From the NCBI GenBank assembly GCA_030651065.1, contig JAUSCU010000018.1, positions 1 to 50,347 of the forward strand: a stretch of DNA of 50,347 nucleotides, read 5' to 3'. Shown here in pieces: positions 35,609 through 45,332 of the stretch; the stretch's first letter is position 1; the number at the start of each line of letters is the position of its first letter. Made by a program: the position numbers and the translations under genes. Below the pieces are notes generated by a model. It was given only the letters and a program-made list of their open reading frames with translations. It was not told the DNA's origin and ran no database searches. The DNA comes from Candidatus Omnitrophota bacterium (GTDB lineage: Bacteria > Omnitrophota > Gorgyraeia > 1-14-0-20-64-10).

Positions 35609-38600
35609 GTGCGATTTAAAAAACTAGAACTTCTCGGATTCAAATCATTTGCTGAACAGACCGAGCTGATCTTTGAGCCCGGTGTCACCGCAGTCGTGGG
35701 TCCAAACGGCTGCGGTAAGTCTAATGTCGCCGACGCCATTAAGTGGGTGCTCGGTGAGCAGTCCCCCCGTGAGCTGCGCGGCGGGCGGATGGAGGACCTT
35801 ATCTTTAACGGGTCCGACCGCCGCGAGCCGATCCATTTTGCCGAAGTCTCCCTGACGCTCGACAACTCCGAGAAGAAACTCCCCATTGATTTCGCCGAGG
35901 TGGTTATCTCCCGGCGCCTGTTCCGAAACGGTGAGAGCGAATACCTCCTCAACCGCAGTGCCGTCCGCCTGAAAGACATCCAGGAAATGCTGATGGGCAC
36001 CGGCATCGGCACCTCGGCCTATTCCCTCTTTGAGCAGGGACGCATCGAGCAGCTCATCAGCGCCCGGCCTGAGGACCGCCGCGTCGTTTTTGAAGAGGCG
36101 GCCGGTATCACCAAGTTCAAATCCCAAAAACGGGAAGCGATGCGCCGCCTGGAGGAAACGGAAGAGAACCTCGCCCGCGTCAGCGACGTGATCGCGGAGG
36201 TCAAGCGCCAGACCCAGGCGCTGGACCGGCAGGTGCGGCGCGCGAAGGCGTACCGGGAGCAGATGGAGGAGCTGAAAAAACTGGAGGTGGGTCTGGCCCG
36301 TCAAGAGCAGGGCCGGCTGGCCGCCCTCTGGCAAGAGAAGGAAGCCTCCCTTCAGGCGTTCCGGCAGGAACTTTCCGGGCTCGAAGAGCAGGCGGCCGGA
36401 CAGGAATCTTCTTTAGCACAAGCACGCGGACAGGGTTCGGAAGCGGAGGAGTCTTTCTCTCGGGCGAGGGAGGGGCTGCTGGCGGTCACCCACCGGCAGG
36501 AAGCGGGGCGGAACAATCTGCAAGTGAACCGGGAGAGGATCGCCGAGGGGCAGAACCGGTCCGAATCGGCCCGGGAGGAGATTGCCGGGGCGGAGAAACA
36601 GCTGGGCCAGCTTCAGGAGCAGATCCGGCAGCTGCGGGTACTGGTAGGGCAGGAAGAGGAAGAGCGCCTCTCCAAAGAGGGACAGATCACTCGGTGGGAA
36701 ACCCAGTTGGCCGGCTGCGCCCGGATGATTGATGAGGCGCAGGCGGTGATCGGCCAAGCGCGCGAACAGCTGCTGGATCTGACCGGGTCGGAGGTGCAGG
36801 TCAAGAACCAGTTGGCCCGGGTCCGGCAGGAGAGCGCCCGGCTGGAGGCGCGGGCCGGCCGCTTGCAGGCGGAAAACGGAAAGGTTTCCCATGAGCAGCA
36901 GGAGGCCGGTTCCAAGGTGGAGAACCTGCGGGACAGCCTGCTGCAGATCCGCGCGGTAATGGAACAACTTGAACGGGAAAGGACCATCTGCCAGGAGAGT
37001 CTGGCTTCCACCGACCTTTCGCTGGAAGATTCGGAACGGGAGACCGGCAGCTTGGGCGCCGAGCTGAACCGGGTCGGTTCGCGGTTGGAAGCGCTCAAAG
37101 GGCTCATGGACAACCATGAGGGCTACTCCAGCGGTGTTAAGGCCCTGCTCAAAGCAATGGACGAAGGGATTGTCGCGCGGGAAGGCGTCAATGGGGTGCT
37201 GGCGGAATTGATTCATGTGGACCGGAACGACATGGCGGCTGTGGATGCCGCCTTAGGGCCCTGGGCCGAGGCGGTTGTCGTGGATTCTGCTTCGGCGGCC
37301 CAACGGTGCCGGCAGTTTCTGGAGAGCTCCGCGGCCGGCCGCGTCCTCTTTTTGATCCGGGACCAGGTCCCGAACCCTCTTCCGGAGCCGGATCCCTCGA
37401 GTGCCGTCGCCCTTCTGGACCGGGTCGGGATTACGCCGCACCTGCAGCCCCTGCTTCAGCTGATCTTGTCGGACGATTGGTGGGTCTTGCTGGGGCCGAC
37501 GCCGCCGGAAGAGGCGATGCTGGTCGGCCGGGCGAGCCGCCTGCAGTCGCTGGAGATTTCCAACGCGCACCTGCAGGGGAAACTGGAAGAGGCTCGAGGC
37601 CGGCTGGCGTCGCTCGAAGAGCAGCGGCGGGAGCAGGCCCAGGCGCTGGCCACGTTGGAAGAGGTTGCCGATTGGAAAGGGCAGGAACTCCACCGCGCCG
37701 AAGCGATGTTCGGCTCCGCTCAGGCGGATTCGGACAAGCTGCGGCAGGAGATGGAGGTCCTGAAAACCGAAGAGACGGAAACCTCGGTCGATCTCCGGGA
37801 GATCCACACCGAACTGGAGCGTTGGGAGAAGGAGCTCGCGGTCAAGGAACAGCAGTTGGAATCCCACCAGTCGGCGATCCGGCAGGGGCAAGAGACGATT
37901 GCCGCCGCCGGCCGGCAGCGGGAAGAGGTTTCCGTGGCGCTGGCCGGGGCGAAGGGGGAGCTGGCCTCTTTGGATGAAGTGGCCGCCAGCCGGCGCTCCT
38001 CGCTGCAGGTGCTGGAGCAGTCGGTGGAATCCCTCGAGGCCCGCGCTCAAGAGCGGCGCGCGGAGCTGGCGCAGCTGGAACTTCGGCAGGCGCAGCTGGA
38101 AGAGGCTTGCGTCCGGATCGAGCAGGAACTGGCCGGCCTGGAGATGGAACTTTCGCGCGTCCAGGCGCAGGCCGATGAGGCCGCGCGGCGCCGCGAAGAG
38201 GCCCAGCGGGCGGCCCAGGAACAGGAGCAGGAGTTCCTGCAGGTGCGCCGGCGGCTGGACCAGCTTCAGTCGAAACTGCACGCGCAGGAGATGGAGCAGG
38301 CGCAGTTGACCTTCCAGAAGGAGCAGATAGGCACTCGCCTGCTGCAGATATACCAGATCAACTTGGATGAGATGCCGGAGGAGCTGGCGGAGCCGGACGC
38401 GGCGGAGCCCGACCCGGAGCAGATGCGCGCGCGGGCGGAGGAGCTGTCTCAGAAGCTTCAGAAGATGGGGCCGGTGAACCTGGCTTCCATCGAGGAGGAG
38501 AGGGAACTGCAGAACCGTTTCGAGTTCTTAAGCGCCCAGCAGGCCGATTTGACGAAAGCCAAGGACGACATCCATGAGGCGCTCACGAAGATCAGCCGGA

Positions 38601-39112
38601 CCACGCGCGCGATGTTCCGGGAAACCTTCGAGGCGATCCATAAGGAGTTCCAGGGTACGTTCAAGCAGCTGTTCGGGGGTGGCGAGGCGCGGCTGGTGCT
38701 GATGGACGAGGAGGACCTGCTGGAGAGCGGCATCGAGATCATCGCTCGTCCGCCCGGGAAGCCGCTTCAGCCGATCTCCCTGCTCTCCGGCGGTGAGAAG
38801 GCGCTGACCGCGATCGCGCTCCTGTTCGCGATCTTCAAGATCAAGCCGAGCCCCTTCTGCCTGCTGGACGAGATCGACGCGCCGCTTGATGAGGCCAACG
38901 TGGACCGGTTCACGCGGGCGCTCAAGGAATTCCTGAAGGACTCGCAGTTCATCATCATCACGCACAACAAGAAGACGATGGGCATGGCCGACGTGATGTA
39001 CGGCGTCACGATGCAGGAGATGGGGGTTTCGAAGATCGTTTCAGTGAAGTTTAAGAAGGACGGGACAGATCCCACGCAGCAGCAACTGCAGCCAGTAGTA
39101 TCGCGCAACTAG
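35609..39112 (+). CDS. smc: chromosome partition protein Smc
   Basis: FKSFA......F..G.TAVVGPNGCGKSN (Walker A), long coiled coils, a central hinge (GVNGVLAELI), C-terminal LSGGEKALTAIALLFAI and FCLLDEIDAPLD. Confidence 0.93.
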   Translation: MRFKKLELLGFKSFAEQTELIFEPGVTAVVGPNGCGKSNVADAIKWVLGEQSPRELRGGRMEDLIFNGSDRREPIHFAEVSLTLDNSEKKLPIDFAEVVISRRLFRNGESEYLLNRSAVRLKDIQEMLMGTGIGTSAYSLFEQGRIEQLISARPEDRRVVFEEAAGITKFKSQKREAMRRLEETEENLARVSDVIAEVKRQTQALDRQVRRAKAYREQMEELKKLEVGLARQEQGRLAALWQEKEASLQAFRQELSGLEEQAAGQESSLAQARGQGSEAEESFSRAREGLLAVTHRQEAGRNNLQVNRERIAEGQNRSESAREEIAGAEKQLGQLQEQIRQLRVLVGQEEEERLSKEGQITRWETQLAGCARMIDEAQAVIGQAREQLLDLTGSEVQVKNQLARVRQESARLEARAGRLQAENGKVSHEQQEAGSKVENLRDSLLQIRAVMEQLERERTICQESLASTDLSLEDSERETGSLGAELNRVGSRLEALKGLMDNHEGYSSGVKALLKAMDEGIVAREGVNGVLAELIHVDRNDMAAVDAALGPWAEAVVVDSASAAQRCRQFLESSAAGRVLFLIRDQVPNPLPEPDPSSAVALLDRVGITPHLQPLLQLILSDDWWVLLGPTPPEEAMLVGRASRLQSLEISNAHLQGKLEEARGRLASLEEQRREQAQALATLEEVADWKGQELHRAEAMFGSAQADSDKLRQEMEVLKTEETETSVDLREIHTELERWEKELAVKEQQLESHQSAIRQGQETIAAAGRQREEVSVALAGAKGELASLDEVAASRRSSLQVLEQSVESLEARAQERRAELAQLELRQAQLEEACVRIEQELAGLEMELSRVQAQADEAARRREEAQRAAQEQEQEFLQVRRRLDQLQSKLHAQEMEQAQLTFQKEQIGTRLLQIYQINLDEMPEELAEPDAAEPDPEQMRARAEELSQKLQKMGPVNLASIEEERELQNRFEFLSAQQADLTKAKDDIHEALTKISRTTRAMFRETFEAIHKEFQGTFKQLFGGGEARLVLMDEEDLLESGIEIIARPPGKPLQPISLLSGGEKALTAIALLFAIFKIKPSPFCLLDEIDAPLDEANVDRFTRALKEFLKDSQFIIITHNKKTMGMADVMYGVTMQEMGVSKIVSVKFKKDGTDPTQQQLQPVVSRN

Positions 39113-40589
39113 CCGCCCACCACGGAAAAACCGCCGGCGTAACGTGCCGGCGCCCCTTCGGATGCAGGTTCAGGAACAAGTAAGCGATCTGGGTTTCGGC
39201 CAGCGGCCGCAGATGGTACTCCACGACCGCCTCCTCCATCTTCGGGCTGCGCTTCCCTGACAGTTCTTTGATCCAGAGGATCAGCCGGGCCTGCGGGATT
39301 TGCTCGCCGGCTGGGCGGTCGGCCATCTCCCGCAGCATCTGGTTTGTAGCGGACCGCCCGGTGAAGGCGGTCATCATGCCGGCCAAGTAATTCACGTTGG
39401 AGTAGATCAGCTCATCCGGTTCCGTGTGGGCGCGGACCGCCTCGGCCAATTCCTCCATGAACTTCTCGTTATAGACGGGTAAGCCGGTGCCGCGCACGGT
39501 GGGCCGGACTCCACCGGAAAGGGTGCTTAAGGTGGTGTCTGCCCAGGCGACGTGGGGAGCGGTGGTCTGCCCGGGCGAGAAATGCAGGCTGGGGGACAAC
39601 AGCGCCAGTCCCGCCAGCAGAAGGCCGCCGGCCCAGGGTTGCCGGATCCTCTCGATCAGCCAGTCCAGCGCCACCGCCGCCAACAAGAGCCAGGGGAACA
39701 GTCCCTGCGTGGACAGGAACCGGGACCGGTAGCCGGCAAAAAACATCGCCGAGAAGGCAACCGCCATCACGGCCAGGTAACGGAACATTCCTTTCCTGCG
39801 CCACGCGATCGGGAGCCCCCACAGCCCCAGCAGGAGTAGGGGCAGCGGTGTTTCCAGCAGCAGCTCTTCGCCGCGCGGTTGGATCTGAAGCAAGGAATGA
39901 TAATTCCACAGATGAAGCAGCCAGGGACCCGCAGCCAGCAGCCCGACGCCTAGGATTGCCCAGCAGCTCTTGCGGTATTCCCTCTCGACGAGACTGAACA
40001 ACAGGAGGCTCAAAGCTAACAGCCAGGGCAGGCCCGCGTGCAGCCAGAAGGCGGCCGCGAGGAAAAGCCCGCCGGAGAGCCACCGTTTCCGGTGGAGCGC
40101 CACCATCATTCCAAGGCCGGCGACGAGGGCCAGCGTGGCCGGCAGGTGATTGATCGTTCCGAGGAAAAAACTGTACGGGGTGGCCAGCGTGATCAGCGCT
40201 AGGCAGGCCAGCCGAGGCGAAGTCAAACGGATGAGCGCCATCCAGGCAGCGGCCAGCAACAGCGGGAAGGAAACCCAAGTCCAGAACCGGGCCAATTGGA
40301 TGAACGGCATTCCCGTCAGAGTTCCGTGGAAGAAGATCAGGTGGAACAGCGGGGGGTAGAGATGGGGTCTTCCTTGGGGCGCCGCTTCCCAGAAGGCGTG
40401 AAGGACCGGGCCGCCCGCTTGGGCGAACCCCCGGATCACCGCCAAGTGGTAGTAGCTATCCAGGAAGTACGGGAAGACCGGCCAATGCGCCGCCGTCAGG
40501 ACGGCCGCCGTTACGAGAATGAGTCCCGCTGTCAGGTTCCAGGGGTTACGCGATAACAACGCGGTTCCTCCCTTGTTTTTTGGCTTCAT
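39051..40589 (-). CDS. polytopic membrane protein, GT-C-like glycosyl/lipid-carrier transferase candidate
   Basis: 512 aa: about 11 TM segments, then a soluble C-terminal domain. The first loop FLDSYYHLAVIRG resembles the DxxYYH-type first-loop motif of some GT-C enzymes. Weak, by eye only. Confidence 0.4.
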   Translation of the reverse strand: MKPKNKGGTALLSRNPWNLTAGLILVTAAVLTAAHWPVFPYFLDSYYHLAVIRGFAQAGGPVLHAFWEAAPQGRPHLYPPLFHLIFFHGTLTGMPFIQLARFWTWVSFPLLLAAAWMALIRLTSPRLACLALITLATPYSFFLGTINHLPATLALVAGLGMMVALHRKRWLSGGLFLAAAFWLHAGLPWLLALSLLLFSLVEREYRKSCWAILGVGLLAAGPWLLHLWNYHSLLQIQPRGEELLLETPLPLLLLGLWGLPIAWRRKGMFRYLAVMAVAFSAMFFAGYRSRFLSTQGLFPWLLLAAVALDWLIERIRQPWAGGLLLAGLALLSPSLHFSPGQTTAPHVAWADTTLSTLSGGVRPTVRGTGLPVYNEKFMEELAEAVRAHTEPDELIYSNVNYLAGMMTAFTGRSATNQMLREMADRPAGEQIPQARLILWIKELSGKRSPKMEEAVVEYHLRPLAETQIAYLFLNLHPKGRRHVTPAVFPWWAASCAILLAAVAAAWDLSRPS

Positions 40590-41598
40590 AGAGGGCTTGG
40601 TCGGCCGCTTGAATCAGCTGTTCCGTCTCATGCGCGTCCTGAGGGAAGGTGGCCACTCCCAACGAGAGGGTGAGCGGCAGGGCAGTCTGGTCCATCGCCA
40701 GCCGGATCCGCTCCGCCAATTTAAGGGCGTTGATCTTAGTGGTCTTAGGGAGGATCAGCGCGAACTCCTCGCCGCCGAAGCGGGCGACGTAGTCCTCCGA
40801 CCGGGCGGTCTCCTTAAGCAAGCGGGCGACGGCTTTCAGCCCCTTGTCGCCGCCCAGGTGCCCGACCTGGTCGTTGTACTCCTTGAAATGGTCCAGGTCG
40901 GCCAGCAGAAGGCTGGCCGGCTGCTGCGACTGTCCGGCGGAGGAGAGCGTCTCCATCAACGTTCGCTGGAAGGCGCCCCGGTTCCACAGCTGAGTCATCG
41001 GGTCGAGGTCGGCCTGCCGCAACGCCCCCTGGTAGGTCCGGGCGTTCTCGATCGCCAACCCCGCGTGGGCCGCCAGCAAAGCCATGAGCCGGAATGATTC
41101 GCGGGAGATCGGGGTACGCGTGATCCGGTTGTCGGCGAAGATGAGGCCCACCACCTCATCCTCCCGCCCTTTGAGCGGCACCAGCACGCAGCTGGTGCTC
41201 TGCAGCGCCCGCAGAACCGGGTCCATCGCGGCTTTTTTTTGATCGGCGGCAGTCACGACCTCGATCGGAGATCCCTGCAGAGCCGACATCGCCGCCAGGC
41301 CGCCGGCCCGCTCGGTCATCGGCACGCGGAGAGAAGTGATCGTCTTGTGGAAGGAGGATCCCTCCCCGTTCTCCGGGCCGATCCCCATCCGGCCGATCAG
41401 CTGTTTTTGTTCCGGGTCCACCAGGAAGATCCCGGCCCGGTTGAACGCCAGGCCGTGGTGCGCGGTGACGCCGGTGAGGATGATGGTGAGGGTTTCGTCG
41501 AAGTCGAGCGTGGTGCGCAGCGCGTTGCCGATCTCATAGAGGAGCGTCAGCTCTCCCTGGGCCTTCCCCAGCAGCTCCTGGAGCTTCTTGGAGGTCAT
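40546..41598 (-). CDS. GAF-domain diguanylate cyclase (GGEEF)
   Basis: N-terminal GAF-like region, then ...DPMTQLWNRGAF...LLLADLDHFKEYNDQVGHLGGD...RFGGEEFALILP...EAKKQGRNRV. Confidence 0.8.
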   Translation of the reverse strand: MTSKKLQELLGKAQGELTLLYEIGNALRTTLDFDETLTIILTGVTAHHGLAFNRAGIFLVDPEQKQLIGRMGIGPENGEGSSFHKTITSLRVPMTERAGGLAAMSALQGSPIEVVTAADQKKAAMDPVLRALQSTSCVLVPLKGREDEVVGLIFADNRITRTPISRESFRLMALLAAHAGLAIENARTYQGALRQADLDPMTQLWNRGAFQRTLMETLSSAGQSQQPASLLLADLDHFKEYNDQVGHLGGDKGLKAVARLLKETARSEDYVARFGGEEFALILPKTTKINALKLAERIRLAMDQTALPLTLSLGVATFPQDAHETEQLIQAADQALYEAKKQGRNRVVIA

Positions 41599-41620
41599 GT
41601 TTTATTATATAATAAGAACT

Positions 41621-41950
41621 ATGACTTCTCTTACGTTCCCCAAAGACCGGTTCACTCTTCTGGCGTTTCTGGGCTTGGCTGTCTCTTTCTGCTTCTGGCC
41701 CCGGCTGCACCTGTTTCCCTCTTCTTCCGTCGGTGGGTGGAAACAGCAGATTGTCGCCGAAAAGCCGGTGGATCTGGGGCACCTGGAACCGAAAGGCCGA
41801 ACGAATCCGGACGGCTCCGAGGTGTGGGGTTTTCCGGAAGGGTCCGGGCTTGAAGAGGTGATCGAGGTACACGTGAAGGACGGCCGGGTGGTTCGGGAGG
41901 TCCTGCGGCCCTCTCCCCGCATTGCCGCAGATGCGTTCCGCGACTCTTAG
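41621..41950 (+). CDS. small hypothetical protein with N-terminal hydrophobic segment
   Basis: 109 aa from the ATG at 41621 (MTSLTFPKDRFTLLAFLGLAVSFCF...). No family recognised and no SD upstream. Confidence 0.35.
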   Translation: MTSLTFPKDRFTLLAFLGLAVSFCFWPRLHLFPSSSVGGWKQQIVAEKPVDLGHLEPKGRTNPDGSEVWGFPEGSGLEEVIEVHVKDGRVVREVLRPSPRIAADAFRDS

Positions 41951-43283
41951 TCCCTCAAGCTCCCTCCTGCGCCTGTACGATCCCGGCACTCATGGGAACA
42001 GTTTTTCCCTGGATGGGTTCCCGGCGATCAAGGAAGACAAAGACTGGAAAACCCGGCTGATCGAGTTCATCCAGCTTAAGGGGGCGCTCGGGATGACCAC
42101 GAACCAAACTCTCTTCCGCCAGCTGCTGGAGACCGGCGTGCTGGACGGCCGCCTTCGGGAATTCCGGGCGGCGGGCCGGGCCGTCCCGGAAATCTACCAG
42201 ACCCTCTACAACGAAGCGGCTACCGAAGCGGCCCGGATCTTCGCGCCGGTCCACGCGGAGCGGCCGTGGGAAGGAAGGGTTTCCCAGGAAGCCTCCGCCT
42301 TGTTGACGGAGCTGGGGCCCTTGGTCCGGGAGGTGCGCCGGATTGCCGGCGCCATGAAGGGTGTTCCCGCCTTCACCAAAGTGCCCAACCTCAAGGTGGG
42401 CCCGCAGGCGGTCCGTTTGGCGACGGCAACCGGAGAGGTCAGCCCCAACGTCACCTTAATTTTCTCCGACCGCCATTATCTGGACACCGCCGAGGGATAT
42501 GTACTGGGCCTGAAGGATCTGGCGGACAAGGGCGGCCATCTCCCGGCGATCCATTCCGTGAACTCCCTCTTTGTCAGCCGGACCGACCGGGTGGTGGACC
42601 CCATGATCGCCCTTCGACAAGCTCAGGGTGATCGGCTTGATCTCCTCAAGGGGAAGGTGGCGGTTGCTCAGGCAAAAAAGATCTATCAGATGTTCGAGGC
42701 GATCTTCCTGGGGAAGCCATTCCAGGACCCGGAGGGCCTCTATGCCGACGAGGAGGGGAAAGCCATCGTCGAGAAGATCGACCGGCTGCGCGCGCTGTTC
42801 GGGACGCTTAAAAACCGGGGCGCCAACCCGCAGCGGTTGCTGATCGCCTCCAGCGGCGTGAAATCCGACCAGCCCTACAGCCCTCTCTTGTATGTTCTGC
42901 CGTTCCTCGGTCCCTGGTCCGCCAACACGATGCCGGAGGGGACGTTCGAGGCGCTGACCTGTTTCGTTGCCGGCCTCTCGGAAACCCAAGCCGCCTCGCT
43001 GCGCCGCCGCAACCTCATGGCGGAGCCCTTTCCGGAGATCCTGACCGAGGACAAAGAATGGGACAAGGCGTTGCTGATGACCGCTGAGGAGCGCCGGCAG
43101 GAGGGGATCGGGGCGGTCACCTGCGATCAGATTTTGCGTAGGGCCCGTGACCACGTCCTTGGGCCGGCCGGCACCTCGTTGAGAAAGATCGGCGACGACC
43201 TGCGCGATAAGGGGGCCGGGTCTTTTACCGCCGATGAGCAGGCCACCCTCACCGCCATCCAAACCAAGCTCCAAGCCCTCTAA
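41922..43283 (+). CDS. transaldolase-family protein (long form)
   Basis: GMTTNQTLF (cf. TTNP/SNPT box), FTKVPNL (Schiff-base Lys region), NVTLIFS, SVNSLFVSRTDRVVD. Confidence 0.6.
   Translation: MPQMRSATLSPSSSLLRLYDPGTHGNSFSLDGFPAIKEDKDWKTRLIEFIQLKGALGMTTNQTLFRQLLETGVLDGRLREFRAAGRAVPEIYQTLYNEAATEAARIFAPVHAERPWEGRVSQEASALLTELGPLVREVRRIAGAMKGVPAFTKVPNLKVGPQAVRLATATGEVSPNVTLIFSDRHYLDTAEGYVLGLKDLADKGGHLPAIHSVNSLFVSRTDRVVDPMIALRQAQGDRLDLLKGKVAVAQAKKIYQMFEAIFLGKPFQDPEGLYADEEGKAIVEKIDRLRALFGTLKNRGANPQRLLIASSGVKSDQPYSPLLYVLPFLGPWSANTMPEGTFEALTCFVAGLSETQAASLRRRNLMAEPFPEILTEDKEWDKALLMTAEERRQEGIGAVTCDQILRRARDHVLGPAGTSLRKIGDDLRDKGAGSFTADEQATLTAIQTKLQAL
42609..42635 (+). repeat. copy of the CCTTCGACARGCTCAGG motif (gcccttcgacaagctcagggtgatcgg) inside the transaldolase-like gene
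   Basis: 16/17 to the copies at 1445 and 45479. Read in-frame as L-R-Q-A-Q-G-D-R. Confidence 0.85.
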
Positions 43284-43296
43284 GTGAGCCACCTCT

Positions 43297-44508
43297 ATGT
43301 TTGACCCCATATCGGAAATCCTGGAAGATCTCAGGGCCGGCCGGATGGTCGTCGTGCTTGACGACGAAGGCCGGGAAAACGAGGGGGACTTGGTGCTGGC
43401 CGCCCAGTTCGCGACCCCCGAGGCGGTCAACTTCATGACCACCCACGGCCGGGGCCTGATCTGCGTCCCGATGGAGCCGGAGCGGCTTCAGCTGCTGGAG
43501 CTGACCCCGATGGTGGTGGAGAGTCAGGCGCCGCTGGGCACCGCCTGGATGGTTTCGGTGGACGCCCGCGCCGGCGTCACCACCGGCATCTCGGCGCACG
43601 ACCGGTCCACGACGATCCGGGCGATGATCGATCCCAACACGAAAGCCTCCGACCTGGTCCGGCCCGGTCACATCTTTCCGCTGCGCGCGCGGCACGGCGG
43701 AGTGCTGGTCCGGGCGGGGCACACGGAAGCGGCGGTGGATCTGACCCGGCTGGGAGGGCTCTTCCCGGCCGGCGTGATCTGCGAGATCATGGCTCCCGAC
43801 GGCACGATGGCCCGCACACCGCAGCTTAAAACATTCGCGCGGGAGCACCGCTTGAAGATCTGCACGATCGCCGACCTCATTAAGTACAGGCTCTCCAAGG
43901 AAAAATTCGTCCGGCGCGTGGTGGAAACCGCCCTGCCGACCCAGTACGGGGAGTTCCAACTGATCGCTTATGAATCGGACACCGATGGGCAGACCCACGT
44001 GGCCCTCGTGCTGGGAGATGTCCGCCAGCCGCCGGTGCTAGTAAGGGTCCACTCGCAATGTCTCACCGGGGACATCTTCGGATCCTGGCGATGCGACTGC
44101 GGTCCACAATTGGAGTCGGCGCTGAAGCTCATCCAGAAAGAAGGACGGGGTGTCCTCCTTTACCTGCGGCAGGAAGGGCGGGGCATCGGGCTCGTCAACA
44201 AGCTGAAGGCCTACGCGCTGCAGGACAAAGGGCTCGACACCGTCGAGGCCAACCGGGCGCTCGGTTTCGGGCCGGACCTGAGAGATTACGGGATCGGCGC
44301 GCAGATCCTGGCTGACCTGGGGCTGACCCAGATCCGGCTGATGACGAACAACCCCCGCAAGGTGGTGGGCTTGGAAGGATTCGGGTTGACCATTGCCGAG
44401 CGGGTCCCGCTGGAGATCCCCGCCACGCCGGCCAACGCGAAATACCTCAAAGCCAAGAGAGAGAAACTGGGCCACCTCCTGTTGGAGGTTCTCGATCAGG
44501 AAGAGTAG
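43297..44508 (+). CDS. ribBA: bifunctional 3,4-dihydroxy-2-butanone-4-phosphate synthase / GTP cyclohydrolase II
   Basis: [21 protein letters not shown] (RibB half); [27 protein letters not shown] (RibA half). Confidence 0.93.
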   Translation: MFDPISEILEDLRAGRMVVVLDDEGRENEGDLVLAAQFATPEAVNFMTTHGRGLICVPMEPERLQLLELTPMVVESQAPLGTAWMVSVDARAGVTTGISAHDRSTTIRAMIDPNTKASDLVRPGHIFPLRARHGGVLVRAGHTEAAVDLTRLGGLFPAGVICEIMAPDGTMARTPQLKTFAREHRLKICTIADLIKYRLSKEKFVRRVVETALPTQYGEFQLIAYESDTDGQTHVALVLGDVRQPPVLVRVHSQCLTGDIFGSWRCDCGPQLESALKLIQKEGRGVLLYLRQEGRGIGLVNKLKAYALQDKGLDTVEANRALGFGPDLRDYGIGAQILADLGLTQIRLMTNNPRKVVGLEGFGLTIAERVPLEIPATPANAKYLKAKREKLGHLLLEVLDQEE

Positions 44509-44923
44509 AGGTGGGAGCCGTTTCGGGATCGTCGCCAGCCGCTTCAATTCTGAGATCACCAACCGGCTTGTGCTCGGCGCTTCCGATTTCCTGCGGAAGA
44601 AAAAAGCACAGATCGAGGTGGTTAAGGTGCCGGGCGCGTTCGAGCTGCCTCACCGGGCGATGAAGATGGCTGCCAGCGGCCGGTACCGGGCGGTCGTGGC
44701 GGTCGGCTGCATCTTAGCCGGTGACACGCCGCACCACCGCTACCTCTCACAGGCCACGATGTCCGGCCTCACGCTGGCCGGCGTTCTGAGCGGTGTTCCG
44801 GTTACCTGCGGCGTGGTGACCGCGCAGAATTGGAAGCTGGCGATGGAACGGTCACAGGCTAAGGGCGTGAACCGGGGACGAGAAGCGGCGCAGGCCGCGT
44901 GGGAGATGGCGAATCATGGGTAG
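44393..44923 (+). CDS. ribH: 6,7-dimethyl-8-ribityllumazine synthase (start codon unresolved)
   Basis: [17 protein letters not shown]......VPGAFELP...... is the RibH core, beginning at about 44515. The open frame has no ATG/GTG/TTG between 44393 and the core; see the finding on an ATC at 44495. Confidence 0.8.
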   Translation: MPSGSRWRSPPRRPTRNTSKPRERNWATSCWRFSIRKSRGGSRFGIVASRFNSEITNRLVLGASDFLRKKKAQIEVVKVPGAFELPHRAMKMAASGRYRAVVAVGCILAGDTPHHRYLSQATMSGLTLAGVLSGVPVTCGVVTAQNWKLAMERSQAKGVNRGREAAQAAWEMANHG

Positions 44924-45332
44924 TCGCTCAAGGGCTCGCGAGGCGGCGCTTAAAACGCTCTATCAGATGGACGTCACGGGCGACCCGCCCGCCGACGCGC
45001 TCAAGATCTTTTTCCGCCATCACCGGGTGGCGGTCGGCTCGCAGGCGTTTGTCAGCCGGCTCGTGGAAGGGACCATCAAGCACCTGGCCGAGATTGACCC
45101 GCTGATTCGCCGGCACGCGACCAACTGGACGCTGGAACGGATGGCGATCGTGGACCGGAATATCCTGCGGCTGGGGGCCTACGAGCTGTTGCACGAAACC
45201 CAGACGCCTCCCAAGGTGGTAATCAACGAGGCGGTGGACCTGGCCAAGCGGTTCGGCGCCGCCGATTCCGGAAAGTTCGTCAACGGCGTGCTCGACTCGA
45301 TCCACAAAACAGAACGGGTGGAATGCCCATAG
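44916..45332 (+). CDS. nusB: transcription antitermination factor NusB
   Basis: SRARE.ALK.LYQMD......W.LERM..VDRNILRLGAYEL......P.KV.INEAV.LAK.FG...S.KFVNGVLD. Confidence 0.88.
   Translation: MGSRSRAREAALKTLYQMDVTGDPPADALKIFFRHHRVAVGSQAFVSRLVEGTIKHLAEIDPLIRRHATNWTLERMAIVDRNILRLGAYELLHETQTPPKVVINEAVDLAKRFGAADSGKFVNGVLDSIHKTERVECP

Noticed and set aside
43284-43296. Search for an FMN (RFN) riboswitch upstream of ribBA, and upstream of ribD and ribE
   Set aside because: Only 13 nt separate ribBA from the upstream gene, and the other rib genes overlap their neighbours. I could not see any sequence resembling the conserved RFN core.
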